Below, piece by piece: positions 1 through 9,864 of a DNA stretch of 63,067 nt. The translations under genes were made by a program, and so were the position numbers. Position 1 is the stretch's first letter, and every line of letters begins with the position of its first letter. This DNA comes from a virus (lineage: Duplodnaviria > Caudoviricetes): positions 1 through 63,067 of the IMG/VR virus record IMGVR_UViG_3300020045_004922; one strand, 5' to 3'. The notes under the pieces are model-generated. The model ran no database searches. It was not told the origin of the DNA and saw only the letters and a program-made list of their open reading frames with translations.

Positions 1-3000
1 CTTGCCTGATTGCATTAAGTAGTGAAGCGAGTCTTTGAGCGGTATCTTCTGTAATATTTGCTTTTATCTCTCCGGCAAGCCCAGTTCCAGACGCCCCAGT
101 CTTTCCATCTCCATAAATAGAGTTTAGTGCTTTTAACGCAGCCTCAGTTGCAGGCTCTAAACTTTTTGCAAATAAAGAAAACCCTTGTAAATCTGCTTCG
201 ATAGCAGATTGGTTAATGGACTTGTCAGCATTACTCCAATCGGAACTAGCTTCTTCAAGCCAAGACTGCAATTGATTTCCTAAAAAACTATTTACTATGA
301 AATTCTTTGCAATATCTCTTACAATACTATCAACGCTATCGCCCCAAGCTTTTGCGGCATCAGTTCCGTTCTGGAATGCGGTATCCATTGCGTCAGTAAG
401 TGTCCTAGCCCACGAGTCAGCTTGTGAACCTATACTACCACCTAAAACATATTGAATTGTATTTAAAGCGAGTTCTTGCTGCTTTTTAGACGCATCTTCA
501 ATTTGCTTATTGTAGTCATCTATCTTGGATTGATCCGTTTTCTTTTTGGCTTCTTCTGCTCGTTTTTGAGCTTCTAACAAACTTTTTTCACGTTGGAGCA
601 GATTATACTCTTCGGCTTGTGCATCAACTTTAGAAGCCTCTGTTTTACGAGACAGCGCTTCGGTTAATTTGTCATAAGATTTAGTTGTGGCATCAATTTG
701 TTTTTGATATTCTTTTATCTGCTTTTCGTACTTAGCGTCGTGCATAGCGTTAAGCGACATAATTGTTTTCGCTATTCCACTAGCTAAATCCTTTATTCCA
801 CCTACTATATCTCCGGCAGCAAGTTTTGCTACTCCTGTCCCAGCCTGAGCAGCTCCTGTAGCCAAATTCATTATGTTGTTTAAAGACTCCTTAGACTCGC
901 TTGAAGCCCCAAAAGAATCCATAACATTACCTAAATCTCCTGCCACAGAATTAGCCAAGTCAGAAAGTCCTTGAATGGCTCCTGCTATTCTTTTTGCTTT
1001 TTCCTCTACAGTCTCAGTTGTAGCTCCTTTTGGAGGATTAAATAGAGCCTTAAACGGATTTTCATTAATCTTAGATACAATGGTGTTTGTTCGCTCAATT
1101 AGGTCATTATACTTCTCAACCGATATTAGCGTATCTTTTTCTATTTTAAGTCCGCTGTTAGGATCAGTAACGCCAGCTTTTAAAAAATATCCAGTAGTTT
1201 CTCCGTTAGTTCCTTTTTTTGCTTCTCCTTTCGTCTTTACTAGATTGATTAATCCTTTAGTCTTATCTAGTAGCGCATCCAAATTGCCAGCGGCGACCTT
1301 ACCTAAGTCTTTAAATACTTCATCGTATAGCGGTGTCAACTGAAATAACTGAGAGCGGATTTCATTTATTTGCTGTTCAGATGTTGACTTCACAGCATCT
1401 ATAGCCAATTTCATCTGAGTAGGATTGGAAGCAAATGCTTTTTTAGCATCTAGAATATCCTGTTCTCTTTTTAGCTCAATAACTTTTATTTTGTCCGATG
1501 CACTTGAAGCCTCCGAAATCATTTGCTCAAAATACTCAATCTTTCCTAATTTCTTAGACTGGATATATTCTACTAAATCTTTCCATGCTTTCTTAACTTC
1601 TTCTGTAGCTCCTTCTGCTGGAGGTGTAAGTTCGCTGAAAAATGAAGCTCCGGGCATTTTAGCGTACTGATTACGCAAGAAAGTTTCATAGTCGTCTACA
1701 ACACTCTTTCCAAAGGCTAGTTGCGAGGATTTCTTTTTGTCTCCGGTAATACCTAGTAATTTTTCGTATAGGTCGTATTTAGGTTTGTAATCAGAAATAG
1801 TTTGTTCGATGCGCTTAATAATGTTGGCATAAGTCTCATTGAAGTTTTCAGCAAACCCCTTGTCAATATTTGCAGCCCACGATGCGCCAATCTCCTTTAC
1901 TTTTGTTGTCTGCTTCGCTCTGGAAATTAGAGCTAATATTTGCTTATTAAGCTCTTCCTCGGAGAACGATAAAGATACACCTAGTCCTGCTAGACTCTCG
2001 CGAGAACTAGCATATTCAGGCGCTTTTGAAATTAATTCTTTAGCCCTGTCCTTGTTCTGCGCTTTTTCAATCTTTTCATATTCAGAATAAAGCGCCCTTA
2101 CTAACTTAATGTCGTTTTCAAGTTGGATAGCTATTTTATCTTTTCTGTCTTTTTTATTCTCCTCCTTAGTTCCTCCTAGTATCTCCAGAGCTGCTTTTTC
2201 ATCGGAAACCTTTTTCTTTAGTTGCGAAATTTCTTGTGTAGAAAATAATCCCTTCGACTTAACATATATCTCATATTGCTTTAGGTCGTCATCGTACATT
2301 TTCTGCAAAGATGACTTAAACTCAGCAGACCCTCCCTCCATGTTTTGCTGAGTAAATAATTCAGATATAGATTTTGTGATGCCTGCACTGTCTGTCTGTT
2401 CTTTGAAGCTCCTAGCCCAAGAAGCCCAATCAGACATTTCCGTTTTCGCTTTCTTAGCGTTCCCTTTTATCGAATTTATTAAATCTGCTGCATTTTGGAT
2501 AGTGCCCAAGAATCCGTCTACGGCTACTTGGTTTGCATCGTATTCGGCTCTAAGTCTTATTTTTTCCTCTGCGCCCAAAGAATATCCCACAACTCTACCA
2601 GTTCCAGTAGTAGTCTCGCCTTTACCAGAGGCTAAAGAAGCCTCTATCGCTCTTTGCTTTGACTGAATAGCGCTAATCTCGTCTTTTGCAGACTCTATTC
2701 GAACCCTAGCCAGCTCTAGGGAGTTCTGCTTCATTACTCCGTTAAGCTTGTTTAGTTTTTCTATATTTATATCTATAGCGTGACCATATTGGTCTGTTTT
2801 TGAAACCAAGTCTGGATAAAGAACGGACAATTCTTTAACTATTACTTGAAGCCTTTTTTGTTCGTCTGCCGTTTTTTCTGATTTACTGCTTAGTCTTTCG
2901 TAGGCTTTAACAAGCTCGTCTACCTTTGCTGTTGACTTAGATGTTTCAGCTATAGACTTATTCATAGCCTCAATTTTATCTTTCGAAGATTCGGCACTGT

Positions 3001-4357
3001 TACTAAATAGAATCATAGCCCCAACAGTAGCCGCCAGTACAGATGCTAGAAGAACCAACGGATTTACATTGCACGCAGCGTTGAATAGCAACTGAGCAGT
3101 TGTAGCGCCTGATATTGCCTTTGTCATTGAAATGAAATAGCTAGCCGTATTATAGGCTAGTATTAGTTTCTGTGTTGCAGCAGTTACTATTAACACAGCC
3201 TTATATGCCCCATAAGCAGTAACAGCAGACATTACAATTCTAGCAACCGACTCCCAATTATTTATTAGCGTCGTAGTCAACTGTACTGCACCTTTTAAAA
3301 CGCCCTCATTAGTCTCGCCAATGTCATTCAGTGCGATGTCTATCGCATCTTGCAAGTTGGTCATCATTCCTAAAAGACCTTTCGCTTGCTTCTCTTGCAT
3401 TTCGTAGAACTTACCACCAGCGCCTGTCAGGTCGTCAAAAATATCTTTAACGTCATTAAACGAAACCATACGCTTAGATATGCGCTCAAACACATCTCCA
3501 GTACTTACTGTTCTCTTCTCTAATAGAGAGAATTTATCCGCAAGCATCTGAATCATAGGGATTCCCATTTCCGAAAATTGCCTCAGTTCCTGCCCTCTTA
3601 AGACACTAGCACTTCTCACTTGTCCGAATGCAAGCACAACTCTGTCCATTCCAACTCCAAGTCCAGAAGAAACATCGGCAAGGCGTTTCATTGTATCGAA
3701 AAGCTCACTAGCTGGAATTTGGAAAGCGGATAGCTGCTTGGTGTATCCTACTAAATCCTTAAATTTGAATGGAGACTCTACAGATAAGTTTTTTATCTGC
3801 TCGAATATAATATTGGCTTGTTGCCCGTCTTGAAGTATGGCAGATAATGCAATTTTTTGCTGTTCAAATTCTCCTCTTACTTCGGAAAGCTTTTTTACAA
3901 ACGACTCTACCGCATAAATAGAAAACATAGTCCCAAATTGATTGGAAACCTGCATCGCAATTTGTCGCTGAGAAAGAAGGGTTTTGTTTACGAATTGAGC
4001 ATTTGAGTTTATCCTAGATTGGGACTGTGTTCCAAAGGCTTCGTTTTTCTTATGAGCCAAAGCAGTCCTTTCTAATTCTGTATTTACTCTTTGTTGAATT
4101 AGAAGTTGTTTTTGTGCTGACTCGGCTACTGAATTATCAGCTTTTGTGGCTTGTAAAAACGATGGAGCTTTTATTCCAGATTTAGATAAAGCATCTAATT
4201 GAGCTTTTATATCCTTTAGTCCGGTTGCGTCTACACCTACCTTTATGTTGAATTTATTGTCATATTTTTTCATCGTGGAATTAAACACAGCCTCGAATGT
4301 CTTATCATCCAATCCCAAATCAAAATATAAACTTCCTAAGCTTTCTCCACCAGCCAT
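1..4357 (-). CDS. Tape measure protein (3' end runs off the window)
   Basis: Absent from the ORF track because it has no stop in the window. ATG at 4357 reads MAGGESLGSLYFDLGLDDK...; Ala/Gln/Lys-rich, with tape-measure-type segments (SVESPFKFKDLV, RVVLAFGQVRSASVLRGQELRQF); lies directly after the tail chaperone. Confidence 0.9.
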   Translation of the reverse strand, partial: MAGGESLGSLYFDLGLDDKTFEAVFNSTMKKYDNKFNIKVGVDATGLKDIKAQLDALSKSGIKAPSFLQATKADNSVAESAQKQLLIQQRVNTELERTALAHKKNEAFGTQSQSRINSNAQFVNKTLLSQRQIAMQVSNQFGTMFSIYAVESFVKKLSEVRGEFEQQKIALSAILQDGQQANIIFEQIKNLSVESPFKFKDLVGYTKQLSAFQIPASELFDTMKRLADVSSGLGVGMDRVVLAFGQVRSASVLRGQELRQFSEMGIPMIQMLADKFSLLEKRTVSTGDVFERISKRMVSFNDVKDIFDDLTGAGGKFYEMQEKQAKGLLGMMTNLQDAIDIALNDIGETNEGVLKGAVQLTTTLINNWESVARIVMSAVTAYGAYKAVLIVTAATQKLILAYNTASYFISMTKAISGATTAQLLFNAACNVNPLVLLASVLAATVGAMILFSNSAESSKDKIEAMNKSIAETSKSTAKVDELVKAYERLSSKSEKTADEQKRLQVIVKELSVLYPDLVSKTDQYGHAIDINIEKLNKLNGVMKQNSLELARVRIESAKDEISAIQSKQRAIEASLASGKGETTTGTGRVVGYSLGAEEKIRLRAEYDANQVAVDGFLGTIQNAADLINSIKGNAKKAKTEMSDWASWARSFKEQTDSAGITKSISELFTQQNMEGGSAEFKSSLQKMYDDDLKQYEIYVKSKGLFSTQEISQLKKKVSDEKAALEILGGTKEENKKDRKDKIAIQLENDIKLVRALYSEYEKIEKAQNKDRAKELISKAPEYASSRESLAGLGVSLSFSEEELNKQILALISRAKQTTKVKEIGASWAANIDKGFAENFNETYANIIKRIEQTISDYKPKYDLYEKLLGITGDKKKSSQLAFGKSVVDDYETFLRNQYAKMPGASFFSELTPPAEGATEEVKKAWKDLVEYIQSKKLGKIEYFEQMISEASSASDKIKVIELKREQDILDAKKAFASNPTQMKLAIDAVKSTSEQQINEIRSQLFQLTPLYDEVFKDLGKVAAGNLDALLDKTKGLINLVKTKGEAKKGTNGETTGYFLKAGVTDPNSGLKIEKDTLISVEKYNDLIERTNTIVSKINENPFKALFNPPKGATTETVEEKAKRIAGAIQGLSDLANSVAGDLGNVMDSFGASSESKESLNNIMNLATGAAQAGTGVAKLAAGDIVGGIKDLASGIAKTIMSLNAMHDAKYEKQIKEYQKQIDATTKSYDKLTEALSRKTEASKVDAQAEEYNLLQREKSLLEAQKRAEEAKKKTDQSKIDDYNKQIEDASKKQQELALNTIQYVLGGSIGSQADSWARTLTDAMDTAFQNGTDAAKAWGDSVDSIVRDIAKNFIVNSFLGNQLQSWLEEASSDWSNADKSINQSAIEADLQGFSLFAKSLEPATEAALKALNSIYGDGKTGASGTGLAGEIKANITEDTAQRLASLLNAIRQ

Positions 4358-4360
4358 ATA

Positions 4361-4797
4361 TTATTTCCCTTCCAATAAATTCGTTAAACTAATTTTTTCG
4401 CCAACATAAGCATCGGCAATTTTCTTGGCTTTCATTCTTTCTAAAAGCTGATTGTTTTTTTCTGCAACCTCGTCGTAAGATGCATCTTTCTTTTTGATTA
4501 CGTTTCCTTCCTTGTCTGTTTTTGCGTATTCAATTCGAGGAAGGTCTGCGCACATGATTTCTATTTTCGGATAACTAAGTACGCATCTATAATGCCAAGC
4601 GTCAACCGAGAACAGTCCAAAGAAAAAAGTTCTCGGCTTTAAAGCCCACGGATTTATTTCTCCGAATTTTGCCCGAATCCCGATGAAAGTGCGGCTTGGT
4701 ACGCTCTTGCTTCTATCGTCGTCATATACTGCGTCGATTCCATCATCAGAGCCAAATACACCATATTTATCGAGTAGGCTTCTAGCTGAATTTTTTT
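4361..4797 (-). CDS. Tail assembly chaperone, frameshifted (GT-type) C-terminal extension
   Basis: The -1 frame relative to 4654..5154 is open from the A10 run (4791-4800) to the stop at 4361 and includes the 64-aa track ORF; sits between chaperone and tape measure. Confidence 0.7.
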
Positions 4798-5154
4798 TTT
4801 ACCCTCAAGAATAATTGGGTACAGTTGGTCTGGCGTCCACTCCCTTATAAAAAATAGCCATCGCCACAGAATCCAATGGAAAAGAATTATTTTAAGCCAG
4901 TTATTAAGGATTACAATCGATGCTGCTTTGTGCTGTAATCTAGACCTTTTTTTTATATCGGTAAGTACAGATAGCTCTGAGTTTGGACTTTCGGGCTCAG
5001 CGTCTAGTATGTATTTGGTAAATCTCTCCTGAGATAGGGGCTTCATATACCCTATCTTATATTTCTTTTTGCTTCGTGGAATTTCGACAATTGTTTTTGC
5101 ATCGTCGTTAATATCCATTAATTCTTTTTCGTCTTGTATTGTAGGTTGTTCCAT
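4654..5154 (-). CDS. Tail assembly chaperone (G-type)
   Basis: 166 aa between major tail and tape measure genes; contains slippery GGT AAA AAA AAA ATT. Confidence 0.75.
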   Translation of the reverse strand: MEQPTIQDEKELMDINDDAKTIVEIPRSKKKYKIGYMKPLSQERFTKYILDAEPESPNSELSVLTDIKKRSRLQHKAASIVILNNWLKIILFHWILWRWLFFIREWTPDQLYPIILEGKKKIQLEAYSINMVYLALMMESTQYMTTIEARAYQAALSSGFGQNSEK

Positions 5155-5196
5155 GTTTTGTTATCAGTAAAATTTCAATAATATTCCAATTTAAAC

Positions 5197-5228
5197 CAAA
5201 AATAGGGAGAATCATCTCCTCCCTATTC
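5197..5228 (-). terminator. Intrinsic terminator/attenuator after major tail gene
   Basis: Minus strand AATAGGGAG-N9-CTCCCTATT running into a T-tract. Confidence 0.65.
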
Positions 5229-5248
5229 TTAATATAAAATACCCAAGT

Positions 5249-5950
5249 CTAGCCAATCAATTCCCAAATATAGTCAGCAGCATTTGTGCTTTCTACAGCA
5301 GTAGATTTATTGAATGCTAATCCCATATAGGTAGTTGTTCCTTGAACGTATGTGTCAGTTAATCCTGCGCCTACCGAGCTAGTACCAAATTTCTTCCAAG
5401 TATAAAGAGTTACCGGAGTAGTAACTTTATTGTAGATGATAACTGGTTCTGTTTCGCCCAATACAGATGGAGCCAATGCAGTACAAGAAATGTGAACGGC
5501 AGTTGCTTTTGTTTGCGGAGTGCTCATATCCAAGTTAGGAGTAAGAGTTCCGTTAGTAAAGATAATTACTTGCTCTCCGTCTCCAGAAGTAACTTTAATC
5601 ATCCTTTCTTTTACGGTAGCGCTTAAGCTCAATCCTACGGCATCAAAACCAGAAGGGACATACGATGGAGTAGTTGTAGCATAAAACTCTTCTAGGATAG
5701 CTAAGGATACGTCTGGAATATCAAACTCCAAGGTAGTAACCCCTGCTTTATAGATAGATTTCAACGGGGCATCTTGTTGGTCAACTTCAATATCAGTACG
5801 AGTCGGTACGGGTTGAGTCAACTTCACAGAGTCACGCAAAGTATAAAATAATTCAGTCCAGACAGTACTTTCGGTGATAACCCCAACAGGAGCAATTTCC
5901 ACCTTTGAGATACCTGTCATAATTTGTTGTTCGTGGCCAAGTGTTGCCAT
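5249..5950 (-). CDS. Major tail (tube) protein
   Basis: 233 aa, Thr/Val-rich, upstream of chaperone and TMP; short C-terminal YTWKKF...ADYIWELI appendage. Confidence 0.75.
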   Translation of the reverse strand: MATLGHEQQIMTGISKVEIAPVGVITESTVWTELFYTLRDSVKLTQPVPTRTDIEVDQQDAPLKSIYKAGVTTLEFDIPDVSLAILEEFYATTTPSYVPSGFDAVGLSLSATVKERMIKVTSGDGEQVIIFTNGTLTPNLDMSTPQTKATAVHISCTALAPSVLGETEPVIIYNKVTTPVTLYTWKKFGTSSVGAGLTDTYVQGTTTYMGLAFNKSTAVESTNAADYIWELIG

Positions 5951-5952
5951 AG

Positions 5953-6351
5953 TTAGAATCTTTTTAGTATTGTTATTAATTTAATCATTTGAAATGTGTA
6001 ACCATTACCGTCTTGTGCTAATGGGGTCTCCGTAAAATACGAATATGAAAATTTGTCAGAAGAATAGGGCAAGGCTGTTGCGATTGTGTTTCTGATTGAG
6101 CTTACTCTGTTGCGATTTAGGATATTTCCAGAATTTTTTGCGTATATCTCTACAACCGTAATTACTCTTCCATGAGCTCCTAAATCAGAAACTTCCGTAC
6201 TAACCCTTACTACAATTATCTCTTGCATCCCAGTCTTAGCTACAGCAGCCGGTCGACTGGATTGATAAAGATTTGATGTCAGTCCAAGCGTTTTTATTTT
6301 GGCAATAAGCGTATCTTCTATATCAACCACATTATAATTTTCTACGCTCAT
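5953..6351 (-). CDS. Tail terminator/completion protein
   Basis: 132 aa; synteny directly upstream of the tail tube gene. Confidence 0.55.
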   Translation of the reverse strand: MSVENYNVVDIEDTLIAKIKTLGLTSNLYQSSRPAAVAKTGMQEIIVVRVSTEVSDLGAHGRVITVVEIYAKNSGNILNRNRVSSIRNTIATALPYSSDKFSYSYFTETPLAQDGNGYTFQMIKLITILKRF

Positions 6352-6794
6352 ATTCTATTTTGTTTAAAGAACTTTTTATTTTCCATTACTACGAAATCAA
6401 AGCAATCAGAAAGTACTATAAATCTACCACCTCCGCTATTCCATGATTTTCCCCATCCTGTTGAAGTAAAATTTTCAAGCAAACTTCCATACCATGCTCC
6501 TGCAACTATTACGGCAGACCAACTATGCTTAGAAGTGTATGTTGAAAGAAAATTTTTAGCATCTTCTGCGCCTTCACCAGATCCAACAGATTTGCTTTTT
6601 AAAAGCTTTCCGTTATGAAAAATTCCGTAAGTAAATGAGTTTTCAAGGTTATTAGTTCTATTCTGAAACGTGTGCAACTCTACAGCTTTATTTAAAGCTT
6701 CTTCGCACAATTCAGTTAGTGACTTTTCGACAATAATGTTTTTAATTGCTATCGCCTTCTTTATTCCCGATTCAAACGCTTTTGAATTGTTCAC
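6348..6794 (-). CDS. Neck protein, HK97 gp10-like
   Basis: FQNRTNNLENS...VAGAWYG pattern and position in the neck cluster. Confidence 0.6.
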   Translation of the reverse strand: MNNSKAFESGIKKAIAIKNIIVEKSLTELCEEALNKAVELHTFQNRTNNLENSFTYGIFHNGKLLKSKSVGSGEGAEDAKNFLSTYTSKHSWSAVIVAGAWYGSLLENFTSTGWGKSWNSGGGRFIVLSDCFDFVVMENKKFFKQNRI

Positions 6795-7078
6795 GGCATG
6801 AATTTTTTATCGGCTTTTAGGTTTAGCTTTCCGGACATCGAAATTAAGCTCTTGTCAATTCGATTAAACATTGAGTGTATTTCCTCAATTATTTTTTCTT
6901 GTTTATCGCTTTGTTCTTTTTGAGCCTTATGTTCTTCTTTGTTGTTAGCCATTTCCATTTTGAGTAGCTCTATTTGTTTTTCAACCTCATAAACCCTACT
7001 AACTACAACAGCCCAAGCGCCAACTAAACTTATAATTATGGTCAGAACCCAACCTCCTATAGTCCAAAACTCTCCCAT
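6791..7078 (-). CDS. Single-TM coiled-coil protein (holin/antiholin-like candidate)
   Basis: N-terminal hydrophobic helix followed by a charged coiled coil; overlaps neighbouring start. Confidence 0.4.
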   Translation of the reverse strand: MGEFWTIGGWVLTIIISLVGAWAVVVSRVYEVEKQIELLKMEMANNKEEHKAQKEQSDKQEKIIEEIHSMFNRIDKSLISMSGKLNLKADKKFMP

Positions 7079-7082
7079 TATC

Positions 7083-7400
7083 CTAATTCTTTATTTCATT
7101 ATAGTAAATATTAGCTCCTATATTATTAACTTGTGAAGCCAATACTGTTCCTTTTATAGTGCGAGTCACATCTACGACTTCTACTGTATCTCCAGTTCGA
7201 ATATCAATAGTATGCCTAGGAAGAGATATTGTGTAATCAGAAGAAATAACTCCATTCGTTTCTGAGCTTTTTGTAGAAATGTAATTTCTGCAAGAAGACT
7301 CCAATACGACTACTGGGACTATTACAGGAATATCACTACTGCCAGTATTTGTTTCTCTAGTTATTTTTACTGAATGTGGGTGTCTTGGATTCTGTATCAT
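7083..7400 (-). CDS. Head closure/head-tail joining protein
   Basis: 105 aa, beta-rich, NPRHPH N-terminus; synteny. Confidence 0.55.
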   Translation of the reverse strand: MIQNPRHPHSVKITRETNTGSSDIPVIVPVVVLESSCRNYISTKSSETNGVISSDYTISLPRHTIDIRTGDTVEVVDVTRTIKGTVLASQVNNIGANIYYNEIKN

Positions 7401-7963
7401 CTCCTAAATTCTACTCCGTTAAGATTTCCAAAAGTTATTCCTGATGATCCGACCGACTCTCCGTACTTCTTGTAAATATCAAGCGCCCTAGTTCTTAAGA
7501 AAATTCTATCGCTATTACTTATTGTTGAACCGCCTTCTGTATGCGACCATCCTCCATCGGAATCTTTAGCACCAGTAACCGAACTTGGTCTTGAAGCTCC
7601 GTACATAAGTACATCGGCTAATGATAGCTCTTGTATTTTTACACTTAGTTCTGATACGTCTTGTAGATAAGATATTCCTCTTGAAATCCTTATGTTATTA
7701 AGAGTTATATCAGGGACATCGAAAGAAACCGCTCCACGAATATAAAGTTCAAATGGAGTATAAAAGTAGCAATCTACAGAAACATCTTCCGTCCCAGCGT
7801 CTAAATATTTAGGATTACCAAAATACTCATTTGCATCAATAACGAATTTCTTAAAAACATTTCCGGCAGCAGGAGTTGCAAAAAGTGTAATGACAGAAGC
7901 CTCTACGTGCTCTCCACTACCCTCGCATTCTCCCGCGCCAAATATGTTAATAGTTACATTCAT
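7397..7963 (-). CDS. Head-tail connector (adaptor) with extra N-terminal beta domain
   Basis: Follows MCP; C-terminal DSDGGWSHTEGG...ALDIYKKYGE; N-terminal GSGEH...ITLFATPAAGNVFKKF resembles an InlB B-repeat-like domain. Confidence 0.6.
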   Translation of the reverse strand: MNVTINIFGAGECEGSGEHVEASVITLFATPAAGNVFKKFVIDANEYFGNPKYLDAGTEDVSVDCYFYTPFELYIRGAVSFDVPDITLNNIRISRGISYLQDVSELSVKIQELSLADVLMYGASRPSSVTGAKDSDGGWSHTEGGSTISNSDRIFLRTRALDIYKKYGESVGSSGITFGNLNGVEFRR

Positions 7964-7966
7964 TTA

Positions 7967-9148
7967 TTATGATGCCGCTTGAGAAATATCAAGGTAAAGC
8001 AAATCATTTACATTGTTCGGTACTGTGATTCCGGTAAACTCAGCCTCAAAAGACATAGTTTCAGCAGCAGTATCAATCAATTGTTTAATTTTTACTTTTC
8101 CACCTTCTGTTACATAAATTGGGTTCGCAACGGTTCCAAAAGAAGTGTTAGGGAAACTCCATTGCAATTCACCAATTTTACCAGCAGGAGAACCTACAAC
8201 TACATTGTCAGCAAATCCGCGAAGTTTCTTTTTCTTCAAAGAGCGAGATGCTACGTCAAATGCGCTAATTGTAAAAATGTCGTCGATAACTTCAATCGGA
8301 GCGATACCAAGACCTTCAAGATGCATTGTAATTTGAGCATCTGTAACCGCGTACTTAGTAAGATTTGCAGAATCAATTGCACCACCAGTTATTTGAATAG
8401 CTACGGCACTACGAGTAGATGCGTGGTTTTTCAATACATACCAAGTAGCCTTGTTCATTCTGATGACACCAACCGGAGTAAAGTTATCTTCGCCAAGTTG
8501 CATCAAATCTAACAAGTCGCCGATTGGATAAGCCGAAGCAGAACTCCATGCATATTTTGTTCCGTAAGTACCGAATCCGGCTAGTTTTTTATTTGCGGCA
8601 GGGACTTGGAAGTCAAATTCAAGACCAACTAAACCGCCACCATTATTCACTTCGGTAGATGTGTATTTACCAGTAGACAATATTTGCAAACCAGTGTACG
8701 TAATCTGATTGTGAACCCCGCTAATAAGTTTAGTCGTGTTAAGAATAAATTGCTCCAATAGCTGAGAGTAATTTGGCATAGCATTCATTTGCTGAATCAG
8801 CTTTTGAAGCTCGTCCATTGATTTCTCATTGGTATCAAATGCAAGTTTCATGCGAGGCATGTTCTTAGCATTTATTTCGATTGTGTCAGTTCCAATCTTA
8901 GGGGCATCACCATCGTAGGCAACGTACCTTGCAATTACTGGAACTGATTTTTCGCCAATAGTTTGACGATATTCTTTGTAAACAGATCCCGGAGCTTCGT
9001 CATAAAGTTGAGTCCATTTTACTTGTGAGAATTTATCTGCAAATGCTGTTTCGAAATACACTTTCATGCTATCGTAACCGCCAGATGCAAGCGCACCTTG
9101 CAAAAGTGCGTACATGCTTGAGTCTATAGTTCCTGTAGGGAATGCCAT
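7967..9148 (-). CDS. Major capsid protein
   Basis: 393 aa after scaffold and decoration genes; ARYVAYDGDAPK...MPRMKLAF and FDFQVPAANKK segments resemble lambda-E-like capsids. Confidence 0.85.
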   Translation of the reverse strand: MAFPTGTIDSSMYALLQGALASGGYDSMKVYFETAFADKFSQVKWTQLYDEAPGSVYKEYRQTIGEKSVPVIARYVAYDGDAPKIGTDTIEINAKNMPRMKLAFDTNEKSMDELQKLIQQMNAMPNYSQLLEQFILNTTKLISGVHNQITYTGLQILSTGKYTSTEVNNGGGLVGLEFDFQVPAANKKLAGFGTYGTKYAWSSASAYPIGDLLDLMQLGEDNFTPVGVIRMNKATWYVLKNHASTRSAVAIQITGGAIDSANLTKYAVTDAQITMHLEGLGIAPIEVIDDIFTISAFDVASRSLKKKKLRGFADNVVVGSPAGKIGELQWSFPNTSFGTVANPIYVTEGGKVKIKQLIDTAAETMSFEAEFTGITVPNNVNDLLYLDISQAAS

Positions 9149-9173
9149 AATTTTAATTTTTATTTGTTAATAA

Positions 9174-9839
9174 TTAGTCGGCAACGTATCCGCTATTTTG
9201 AACTTCATTAAAGTGATGCAATTCTAGCATCGGAATAGCTGCGGCAACTATAGCAGGAAGCCAAGGCGCTGTATTCTCGTATAAATACTTTTCTCCTCTT
9301 GCTAGACCGATTGAGTTTTGGTCGCCAACAATCGTATCGTCAATGGACAATGTATTTGGAATACAGTATAAAGATTTAGAAGAACCAGCAGCAGTAGCAG
9401 ATGATTGTGCTAAGTAAGTTCCTGCGGCAACGGCATCTATATTCGCTGTAACAACAGTAAATGAAGCTTCGCCAGCGACTGTTAAGTCTAGGCTTGTTAC
9501 TTCAATAGCCTTACCTGTTCCGGCTAGTGTCGATGGAAGAACCATTACGAAATCTCCGTTATGCAATTTAGGAAGATTGCCTAATGCATATACAGTTATT
9601 TTTGTATCTGTAGAGATTACCTCAACGGCTTTTACTTTGAAAATTTTTAGCAATTTAGCGGCCTTTGTGGTGGTGTTAAATGCAAATGGACTTGCAGCAG
9701 AGATGATTTCACCAGCAACTAAGTTGGCTTTGTCAATAAGGCCGCCAGATTCTAGTCTTTTTGGAATTTTAACCCATACTGGGACGCTATTTCCAAAAGA
9801 TGCAGAAGATGAATTGTAAGCATTCCAATCTTGTGACAT
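9174..9839 (-). CDS. Head decoration/cement protein
   Basis: 221 aa between scaffold and MCP; Ala/Thr/Val-rich. Confidence 0.6.
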   Translation of the reverse strand: MSQDWNAYNSSSASFGNSVPVWVKIPKRLESGGLIDKANLVAGEIISAASPFAFNTTTKAAKLLKIFKVKAVEVISTDTKITVYALGNLPKLHNGDFVMVLPSTLAGTGKAIEVTSLDLTVAGEASFTVVTANIDAVAAGTYLAQSSATAAGSSKSLYCIPNTLSIDDTIVGDQNSIGLARGEKYLYENTAPWLPAIVAAAIPMLELHHFNEVQNSGYVAD

Positions 9840-9864
9840 ATTTGTTATTTTTAAGTTTAATATT

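Noticed and set aside
975-2666. Six + strand ORFs in the track
   Set aside because: They are antisense shadows of the tape measure gene. The same applies to most opposite-strand ORFs nested in long genes (7979, 9577, 14973, 20313, 43054, 56116, 61342, 62542).
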